From a virus (Duplodnaviria > Caudoviricetes), in the IMG/VR virus record IMGVR_UViG_3300033062_002592, positions 42,320-106,319 of that record: a stretch of DNA of 64,000 bases; one strand, given 5' to 3'. Each line of letters opens with the position of its first letter. The stretch's first letter is position 1. The notes beneath the pieces were generated by a model. It made no database searches. It had not been told where the DNA came from and worked only from the letters and a program-made list of their open reading frames with translations. The position numbers and the translations under genes were made by a program. Below are positions 57,795 to 64,000 of the stretch, in pieces.

Positions 57795-58184
57795 TTATCT
57801 TATAAAATAATAATCTGCCCAAACTGTTTTTGCGTTGCTTCCAGTGTTAAAGAAAGTAAAAATCAAATTGCTTCCGGATGCAATAAATTTACCGATTTCA
57901 AGCACGAAACTTTCGGGGACAGTTTTTGTATAAATATTTTCGCATGTTACAAAATCTGAACCACTTAAGTTCCAAAAATCACCATCATTAAATGAACTCA
58001 TATGAATTCCGAATTTTATCAAACTTGCATCAAAGGTCAATGTATATGTATCATATGTAAATCCTGATGATCCTGGAATGATGATTCGTCTACCAACAAT
58101 GTAGCTTGCTTCCAGTTGTGGATTATACTGTCTGGTCGGAACTCGTGTATAGTAGATTTTCGGTAAATTTATTGTAGCACTCAT
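57795..58184 (-). CDS. hypothetical (putative virion) protein
   Basis: 129 aa, 2 SGS. Confidence 0.6.
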   Translation of the reverse strand: MSATINLPKIYYTRVPTRQYNPQLEASYIVGRRIIIPGSSGFTYDTYTLTFDASLIKFGIHMSSFNDGDFWNLSGSDFVTCENIYTKTVPESFVLEIGKFIASGSNLIFTFFNTGSNAKTVWADYYFIR

Positions 58185-58378
58185 TTCTTAGCAAACTCCT
58201 TCAACGCAGGTCTATCAAGCTCTAGGAGCATCAGCGCTGCTAGAGCGCAGAAAACTTTACCAGAATAATCTACAGATGTAGTATAGATTCCTCCGGTAGT
58301 TTTCTTTTCACATGGTCTGTTTTTACACCGTGAACAATACTTTTCAAAGTACCATTCAATCGGTGATTTTATGGTCAT
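58181..58378 (-). CDS. small Cys-rich protein
   Basis: CSRC..C...C; SD GGTGA. Confidence 0.6.
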   Translation of the reverse strand: MTIKSPIEWYFEKYCSRCKNRPCEKKTTGGIYTTSVDYSGKVFCALAALMLLELDRPALKEFAKK

Positions 58379-58384
58379 TTCATC

Positions 58385-58648
58385 ACCTTTCTAGAGCAGA
58401 GCCTCTTTCAGCCGGATATGATGCGCTGAATTCGTTCAGGCTCAACATATCCATGTTGCCTTACTCTGTTTCTCTAAGGTAGTGAAACTTCTAGACGCAC
58501 CCGTTTACTCAGGCATCGCTCAACCATCTCGATTCAGCCACCACATATTAACGCAAAGTTGGCCGACTCTGCGAGAATTGCCGGCGCTTAAACCTGCTTG
58601 GCGAAGCTTATCAAGAGCGCGTGCTGTGCTTAATCTAGTTTCACCTTT
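58385..58648. ncRNA. candidate structured non-coding RNA (strand uncertain)
   Basis: GC-elevated 260-nt gap in a gene-dense region with several nested stems (see findings). Confidence 0.4.
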
Positions 58649-58650
58649 TA

Positions 58651-59721
58651 TTAATATGAAATACTTATTAGAAGTCCATCTTGAAAGGTCAACCATTCTC
58701 CTGATGATGCGCCCGTAAAAACGTAAGTGCTTGTAGTTATTCCTTGGGAATTACTATATGAACGATGATGACCTTTAAATCCTATGTCTCCAGCTGAAAT
58801 AACATCACTATCTGTTGCTAAACTTCCACTGGATCCTCTCCAAAGATGCGTATCAAAGTTGGTAGTTCCAGAACTCCAACCAAATGTACCATCATAAGAT
58901 ATTATGAATCTTCCATATGCTACACCCGCATTATATATTGCAAAAGCTCCAGCGGTGGTTCCAGGTGTAACAGTTGTTGCAATAGCAATGTCGCTTGAAG
59001 TTGTAAGAACTTTTAATACTCCAGCACCCCTAATCTCTGTTTGGCCATTTTTTCTTATTGCAAAATTTTCACTAGCTGAACCAGAACTCAAAACTCTTAG
59101 CATTGATGCTGATGATCCCGCAGCATTATCATGGGCAATCATATCTATGTAAGAGTCTGGAGCGCTGGTGGCACTGCGCATTAATAGTCCTATGGTGTCA
59201 AAACTATCCAATATAGTTATTGCTTGTCTAAATGGTTTTTTACCAAGATATCCTAATCCTTGACCAATAAATAAAGCACACCAATTAGAATAATTGCTCA
59301 TACCGGCTTCAATATCAACACTTACAGAGCTTTGTGCATCACCATATGGAGGGTCATCTACGCCGCAATTATTATTAAGGTCAAACTCGGCAACATGCAC
59401 AGCTCGATGATAATTTTTATTAACCAAAGGATTAAAAGAAAAGGTATGAGAAGTGGGACTATTTTGTGATTGCAAATATAAATCAACAGCATCGCCACTG
59501 CCCATATTTGGACCATTATCTAAAAGCAGCGCAGCCGCAAATAATGCTTCACTTGATCCTGTCAAGTTGCGTGAAACATTGCGGATTACTTGGCTGGACC
59601 AGATAGGTGGGGGACCACCCCAAATATCTGTTGTTGAAAACATATCGGAGCCTGAGCCCCAAACATTAGCTGAAGTCAACATTTCATATTGCATTTTTGC
59701 CCTGCTTATGTCTATGCTCAT
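58651..59721 (-). CDS. putative tail fibre/tip protein
   Basis: Gly/Ser-rich beta protein with C-terminal F.DGLL motif typical of fibre ends; many [ST]GS. Confidence 0.55.
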   Translation of the reverse strand: MSIDISRAKMQYEMLTSANVWGSGSDMFSTTDIWGGPPPIWSSQVIRNVSRNLTGSSEALFAAALLLDNGPNMGSGDAVDLYLQSQNSPTSHTFSFNPLVNKNYHRAVHVAEFDLNNNCGVDDPPYGDAQSSVSVDIEAGMSNYSNWCALFIGQGLGYLGKKPFRQAITILDSFDTIGLLMRSATSAPDSYIDMIAHDNAAGSSASMLRVLSSGSASENFAIRKNGQTEIRGAGVLKVLTTSSDIAIATTVTPGTTAGAFAIYNAGVAYGRFIISYDGTFGWSSGTTNFDTHLWRGSSGSLATDSDVISAGDIGFKGHHRSYSNSQGITTSTYVFTGASSGEWLTFQDGLLISISY

Positions 59722-59732
59722 TTTTATTTCAC

Positions 59733-60293
59733 CTAAAAGTTCAAATTATAATAGTTACCCACATTTGTTGAATTGCAAAAAACACTTCCGCTGTTTGTTG
59801 GGAATGTGAATGTACCAACGTTTGCACCATCTACAAAAACGTAGCCAGTTGCATACTGTTCATTTATAGGAGCAAATCTTCCAACAATAGCTCTGATTCC
59901 ATCAATTACATAAACTATACCTGTAAGTGTGGCTTCAGTTTCAAAACTTATGGCGTTTAATATAAATTCTCTCTCTACAGGTCTTTCTCCTTTGTCTTTA
60001 AAATCAATTTTCTCAAAATAAATTTGAGTCAAAGGAACATTAAAGGCTTCTGATTGAAACTCAAAATATCCAGTTGAACCAGGTAAACTTCGTAAAACAT
60101 CACTTGTAGCATTATAATTTATTCCTTTAAAAACATAAACCGGTAACTTTCTTCCCATATTTTGAACTATATCCTGATTTATCGTTGCAAGGTCATGGAC
60201 TATATTTCGAGAAACTGTTTTTTTTGTCACATCTTGTATAATAATGTTTTGGATAAGAACCATGTTAGAATCATAGAGTTTGGCTGCAGGCAT
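59733..60293 (-). CDS. paralog of the Dit-like domain of 19783..20673
   Basis: VHDL...DIVQNMG..FKG..LRSLPGSTG..IDFKDKGERP.EREF.L. Confidence 0.6.
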   Translation of the reverse strand: MPAAKLYDSNMVLIQNIIIQDVTKKTVSRNIVHDLATINQDIVQNMGRKLPVYVFKGINYNATSDVLRSLPGSTGYFEFQSEAFNVPLTQIYFEKIDFKDKGERPVEREFILNAISFETEATLTGIVYVIDGIRAIVGRFAPINEQYATGYVFVDGANVGTFTFPTNSGSVFCNSTNVGNYYNLNF

Positions 60294-60454
60294 TATTTTT
60301 CACTTAACTAATTCCGATATCATGGAAACTTGGTAAAAATTTAAAATTCATTTTATATGCTACCCGTTAAAATTTGGTTTATCAAATTATATATTTCACA
60401 ATTTAAAAATGAGACATTTGCATTGCACTCTTCAGAATGAATGCAATTTTCGCA

Positions 60455-60475
60455 ACAAAGCTTCGAAAGCTTTGT
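60455..60475. terminator. stem-loop downstream of 60497..60973
   Basis: ACAAAGCTT-cga-AAGCTTTGT. Confidence 0.4.
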
Positions 60476-60496
60476 CAAAACCTGAGAGTTGACCAT

Positions 60497-60973
60497 TTAA
60501 TGTTTATGAATATGATGTCTGCATATATGGACGTGAAATGTGAAGGTCGTGGTAGCAGTCATGCCAAGAGCGGTTGCAGTTACGGTACAAACGCCAGGAG
60601 CAACTTCAGGCGGAATAATCCACGCAGCCATGAAATTTCCGTCTGCATCCGTTGTGGCGTCAGACAACGGGAAAGGGGTTCCAGCCGAATCCGTCACAAC
60701 GAGTCCGACTGCTTCGCCAGATTGAGGTGTTCCATCAATACTTACGTTACCAGAAATATTTACGGTATCTTCGTGGTCATAACTTGCTGCATCAATCTTG
60801 ACAGAAACGACCGCCACTGTCACGACTATCTTCTTTAACAACGCCCATATACGGTATAAATTTTTATTAAGCTTGTGAAGCATATGTAAAATTCTAATAA
60901 GAAGGAAAAGAATTATTATAATTAAGGTTGAAATAATAAAAGTTGAAAATAAGAACAATTCTAATAGAGTCAC
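60497..60973 (-). CDS. membrane-anchored Ig-like protein with a His-rich tail
   Basis: N-terminal TM helix; V.ISG.V...TTDADGNF...G.CTVTAT Ig-like fold; C-terminal HVHICRHHIHKH. Confidence 0.65.
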   Translation of the reverse strand: MTLLELFLFSTFIISTLIIIILFLLIRILHMLHKLNKNLYRIWALLKKIVVTVAVVSVKIDAASYDHEDTVNISGNVSIDGTPQSGEAVGLVVTDSAGTPFPLSDATTDADGNFMAAWIIPPEVAPGVCTVTATALGMTATTTFTFHVHICRHHIHKH

Positions 60974-60999
60974 TTAATCACCACTTTAAAGACCTTGAC

Positions 61000-61347
61000 C
61001 TATTTATGAAAACAAGAACTTTTCTGATTTATTTTTTTCAGATTTTTAAGATAAGCCTCTTCATTTTTGATATATTGATTATTTACAAAATTTAGAATAT
61101 GATATAATGATTCTTCGCCCGTAAGCTGTTGAATGAAATAGCAGCCTTTTTTAACTTTAAGTTTTTTCAAAAAATTCACTGCATATTGACAGTGACCAAC
61201 AAGTTCGCAGGATTGGCATCGCTCCCAGCTATCGGGGTAAGAACAAGGGCCGCAAGTAAGGTGACATGCTCGTTTGCCAGGATACAAATTTATTTGGGAG
61301 TCGCCTTCACATCGGCAACATTTATCTTCCCAATTATCAGTTACCAT
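61000..61347 (-). CDS. Cys-rich Zn-binding protein
   Basis: CCRC, C...C..C, C..C....C; BRE-TATA upstream. Confidence 0.65.
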   Translation of the reverse strand: MVTDNWEDKCCRCEGDSQINLYPGKRACHLTCGPCSYPDSWERCQSCELVGHCQYAVNFLKKLKVKKGCYFIQQLTGEESLYHILNFVNNQYIKNEEAYLKNLKKINQKSSCFHK

Positions 61348-61380
61348 TTAAAAATAGCAATAATATAATAGTGAAACGAA

Positions 61381-61397
61381 GTATATAAAGCTTTTGG
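61381..61397 (-). promoter_or_regulatory. archaeal BRE-TATA promoter
   Basis: Minus strand CCAAAAGCTTTATATAC, about 33 nt upstream of ATG 61347. Confidence 0.7.
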
Positions 61398-61398
61398 A

Positions 61399-61575
61399 TT
61401 ATAAATCATTCAAGTTTGGGTTTGTAGAAGTTTTTACAATGGTTTCGGGCTGTAAAGAAGACATGAAGTATTTTCCGCAGTTCATACATTGCCAACGTTG
61501 TTTCGTGCTACCAGATGCCAATTTTTTGAAGCCCACTTTCACGACATGTGTATGATGACAATGTGGACAGTTCAT
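61399..61575 (-). CDS. IS1 InsA-type Zn-ribbon protein (58 aa, not in the ORF track)
   Basis: MNCPHCHHTHVVKVGFKKLASGSTKQRWQCMNCGKYF matches CP.C....vK.G......QR..C..C...F. Confidence 0.7.
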   Translation of the reverse strand: MNCPHCHHTHVVKVGFKKLASGSTKQRWQCMNCGKYFMSSLQPETIVKTSTNPNLNDL

Positions 61576-61736
61576 AATGTAGCCACCGCCGCGGTGAGAA
61601 CTAAACTGAACAGGGTTGCACTGAGCCAGGCAAATTTGAAGCTTTGGGGCAATTTTTTCTGGGTGAAAGCTTTATAGAGACAGAGTAGCATGAAGAAGTC
61701 GGTTATTCCGAATATTATTGTGGGTATTAATAACAT
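61572..61736 (-). CDS. small two-TM membrane protein (54 aa, not in the ORF track)
   Basis: MLLIPTIIFGITDFFMLLCLYKAFTQKKLPQSFKFAWLSATLFSLVLTAAVATL; promoter upstream, ATGA overlap downstream. Confidence 0.6.
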   Translation of the reverse strand: MLLIPTIIFGITDFFMLLCLYKAFTQKKLPQSFKFAWLSATLFSLVLTAAVATL

Positions 61737-61768
61737 TGTGCGTACCTACGTAGATACGTATCAGAGGA

Positions 61769-61785
61769 GCTTATAAAGTTTTTGG
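61769..61785 (-). promoter_or_regulatory. archaeal BRE-TATA promoter
   Basis: Minus strand CCAAAAACTTTATAAGC. Confidence 0.65.
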
Positions 61786-61816
61786 TACCATAAAAGATGT
61801 TATGATGAATTTCATC

Positions 61817-62299
61817 TCAGGATGCATAAAGTTCGGGATGATGAACGGGGCAGAATTGCTTATCATATGTTCGCTTTGAAAAATTACAGTTCATACATAA
61901 AACTTGATAACCTTCTGGATAATTATGTTGTTTAACCCATAGAATCATATCTTTTTTATGTTCTTTCTGTTCCAAATGTCCGTTTCCATGAATGTGGTCT
62001 AGTGTAAGAAATTCAAAATGAGATTCACCGCAACATTGACATTTTAATTCTGGAGAATAATGTTGAAAGACTTCGTGCCGAAGATTAATACGATAATTTC
62101 TAATTTTTTTCTTGATAATATCATAATTATTTCTCCAATATTCTTTGCTATATTTATGATAATGTTCTTTATTTTTTTCATAATATCTTTTATTTATTAA
62201 TTGAAGCTGTCTTTTTTTACATTCTGGGTTATAACAAATTGTGCGGGTTGGATTATGTCTTGGAGTGAAGGATTCTCCACAGTAGATGCAAATAGGCAA
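61817..62299 (-). CDS. HNH-type endonuclease with an N-terminal Zn finger
   Basis: C..CGE....LTLDHI.GNG...YQVLCMNCN..K. Confidence 0.8.
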   Translation of the reverse strand: MPICIYCGESFTPRHNPTRTICYNPECKKRQLQLINKRYYEKNKEHYHKYSKEYWRNNYDIIKKKIRNYRINLRHEVFQHYSPELKCQCCGESHFEFLTLDHIHGNGHLEQKEHKKDMILWVKQHNYPEGYQVLCMNCNFSKRTYDKQFCPVHHPELYAS

Positions 62300-62334
62300 G
62301 TGGAATCACCTTATATACATATATATAATTGCTT

Positions 62335-62351
62335 GTATATAAAGTTTTTGG
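62335..62351 (-). promoter_or_regulatory. archaeal BRE-TATA promoter
   Basis: Minus strand CCAAAAACTTTATATAC, then SD GGTGA. Confidence 0.7.
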
Positions 62352-62412
62352 TTCAGATTATAAGATATGAGTGTAGGATTTTGTATTTTTTCTATAACCA
62401 AGATTTTTCGTA

Positions 62413-62532
62413 CCGTATCTTGTTTCTTAAGATATCAGAGATACGGCCACCTCGTATCTTGAGTCTTGCGATTCAAGACTCTGTCTCTATCGTCTATCTT
62501 AAGTCTTGCGACATGCATCTTAACTCTTACGA
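62413..62532. repeat. cluster of 17-bp direct repeats and inverted repeats (origin, packaging or operator-like)
   Basis: TATCTTGAGTCTTGCGA 62455, TATCTTAAGTCTTGCGA 62495, CATCTTAACTCTTACGA 62516; IRs CCGTATCT/AGATACGG and GAGTCTTG/CAAGACTC. Confidence 0.7.
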
Positions 62533-62844
62533 CTCATGTATCATGTATTAATATATCATGTTCGAAGTTCAACTCACAATGTTATCTATATTGCATGAAC
62601 AATATAAATTCAACAATCTCTGCAATAGCGCGCATTACATCATTTACATTAAAACTATATAAACTTTATATATACATCAAAATCTATACTGCATATTGAA
62701 AAACAACGTGCAATATGTATCGTACAACTCAAGATTCGAATCTCTTCGAACAAATATACATGAAATCAACATAGTTCGAAATTCTTCGAAGCGTCCCATA
62801 ATCTTTATAAGCGACTTTTTACATAGAGCTTCTCGCGTGAAAAC

Positions 62845-63555
62845 ATGACAAGCAAAAAAGCAACAAAAAGTGCAACTAAGCAGTTAATTGCTGAGTTGCA
62901 CTCTAGTGCATCGAAAGTTGTACTCGATAGTGCAACTAAAGATGCAATTAAAACAGAAACAAAAACAACAGAAAATAATACGAAAAGTGCAACTGCTGAT
63001 GTAAAAGTGCGTGACGTAAAAGTGTTATCTCAAAAGAAAACTTCTGATGAACTCGCTAAGAGTACACGCGCTATTGACAACAAAAGTTTCAGAAGCTATG
63101 TCAACGTGCAGTTAGACGACAAGACATTTGACAGTGCAACTTCAAGTGCATACTACTATGAAACTGAAGATGTCAACGCAGAGAACAAGCTAGACTTCTC
63201 ACAGAAAATTGCAAACGAAAAAGTTGAACTCTACGTGAACACAATGCAGTTGAACTCTCAGATGACAGCGCAAGTGATACAGAAAATGTATCGTACGTGT
63301 GGCAGTGCGTATTGTGACAAAATTAGAAACAAGCTATACGCACTATCAGTTGAACTCTACGATTCAACTCTCGCTGAAACGTGCGAAACATTCGAAGAGT
63401 ACACTGCGAAGCTACTTGAGAAGTACATCACAAGTGAACTTCTCAGTAAGCTCACAAAAGAGAACAAGCTATTAGTCAAAATAGACTACTACAGAAGACA
63501 AGCGCGAAAACAACGCTACATATTCATAAAAGTGCGCACTCAAAGTGCATCATAA
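62845..63555 (+). CDS. hypothetical protein (no Pro, no Trp, one Gly) in the GG/CC-free island
   Basis: 236-aa ORF; TTTATAA box at about 62805; T-run after the stop. Confidence 0.75.
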   Translation: MTSKKATKSATKQLIAELHSSASKVVLDSATKDAIKTETKTTENNTKSATADVKVRDVKVLSQKKTSDELAKSTRAIDNKSFRSYVNVQLDDKTFDSATSSAYYYETEDVNAENKLDFSQKIANEKVELYVNTMQLNSQMTAQVIQKMYRTCGSAYCDKIRNKLYALSVELYDSTLAETCETFEEYTAKLLEKYITSELLSKLTKENKLLVKIDYYRRQARKQRYIFIKVRTQSAS

Positions 63556-63616
63556 GAAAACAACTGAAAACACAACAATCTCTTCTTTTTTTTGTGAACA
63601 CTGTGAGTTGATAAAA

Positions 63617-63778
63617 ATGATAAACAAAGAAAACGAATCAATAGTTAAACAAACAATGAACTATCTCAGTGAACTAAAAAGTATCAACAGAGAAATGTCA
63701 GAAGTAATTGAATACTCAGAGTTATTCTACATGAAACTACAAAGAAAATTCGAGATTGAATTCAGACTTGAACTCTGA
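63617..63778 (+). CDS. small helical protein (no Gly/Pro/Trp) in the GG/CC-free island
   Basis: MINKENESIV...FRLEL, followed by a hairpin and T-tract. Confidence 0.6.
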   Translation: MINKENESIVKQTMNYLSELKSINREMSEVIEYSELFYMKLQRKFEIEFRLEL

Positions 63779-63792
63779 GTTCAATTTTTTTT
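63768..63792 (+). terminator. hairpin plus T8 terminator
   Basis: TTGAACTC-t-GAGTTCAA-TTTTTTTT. Confidence 0.6.
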
Positions 63793-63907
63793 CATCATTG
63801 CGCGAGCCGATCCTATCTTGAGTATTACGATATCAGATTCAAAAAATCGCAAAGTTTTCATCATGTATCGTAAGATATACGAATCAGCCGATCCGATCCA
63901 CTCCGAC

Positions 63908-64000
63908 TTTGCCTTGCCTTTGCCTAACCAATTTGCCTTGCCTTTGCCTAACCAATTTGCCTTGCCTTTGCCTAACCAATTTGCCTTGCCTTTGCCTAAC
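63908..64000. repeat. perfect 24-bp tandem repeat, at least 3.9 copies, running off the window edge
   Basis: Unit TTTGCCTTGCCTTTGCCTAACCAA at 63908, 63932, 63956 and 63980. Confidence 0.95.

Larger units (their letters stand above)
1..64000. mobile_element. Segment of a tailed archaeal virus (Caudoviricetes) genome; no integrase or att site seen in the window
   Basis: Terminase, portal, prohead protease, HK97-type MCP, neck and tail genes; no host housekeeping genes; archaeal promoter and SD signals. Confidence 0.93.

Noticed and set aside
58482-58718. 78-aa plus-strand ORF
   Set aside because: Antisense to the operon, overlaps the 58651 gene and has no recognisable features; structured RNA is a better explanation.
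60437-60838. 133-aa plus-strand Cys/Arg-rich ORF
   Set aside because: Shadow of the minus-strand Ig-like membrane protein, which has coherent domain features.
61399-61575. IS1 insertion sequence
   Set aside because: Only the Zn ribbon is present; no DDE transposase, terminal inverted repeats or target duplication seen.
63908-64000. CRISPR array
   Set aside because: Units are head-to-tail with no unique spacers, and there are no cas genes.
1-64000. Alternative genetic code or stop-codon reassignment
   Set aside because: Standard-code ORFs tile the window densely, and conserved genes are intact with all three stop codons used.
1-64000. tRNA/rRNA genes, integrase, inteins or introns in nrdD/terL
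   Set aside because: No cloverleaf or T-loop pattern in the few intergenic gaps, no recombinase motifs, and nrdD and terL are normal length and uninterrupted.

Overview
The window is a 64-kb segment of a large tailed (Caudoviricetes, HK97-fold) archaeal virus genome. The host is most likely a Bathyarchaeia/Thermoproteota archaeon, inferred from BRE-TATA promoters, GGTGA/GGAGG SD sites, a DUF2153-like gene, a TFB-type Zn ribbon and archaeal-style dockerins. The left arm (1-17981, + strand) encodes a dimeric dUTPase and a class III ribonucleotide reductase, then a dense glycan-synthesis cluster: 7 glycosyltransferases, 4 SAM methyltransferases, CDP-glucose 4,6-dehydratase, a TPP-dependent YerE-like enzyme and two SDR sugar epimerases/reductases. 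The middle (17966-62299, - strand) is the morphogenesis region: terminase, portal, protease/scaffold, major capsid protein, neck, tail tube, a tail chaperone with a -1 frameshift, short tape measure, hub, three beta-helix spikes and two proteins built from a 14-aa repeat. The right end (62400-64000) holds a repeat-rich control region, a 1.35-kb island almost free of GG/CC dinucleotides and a 24-bp tandem repeat. Main observations: (1) an [S/T]-G-S tripeptide saturates the predicted outer virion proteins but is nearly absent from enzymes and internal proteins, which suggests a virus-encoded, sequon-directed virion glycosylation system; (2) the GG/CC-free island; (3) a Zn-finger/JAB protease that carries a copy of the capsid protein N-terminus; (4) a stand-alone TFB Zn ribbon; (5) viral dockerins; (6) a candidate structured ncRNA. 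All family calls come from motif recognition by eye; no database searches were run.
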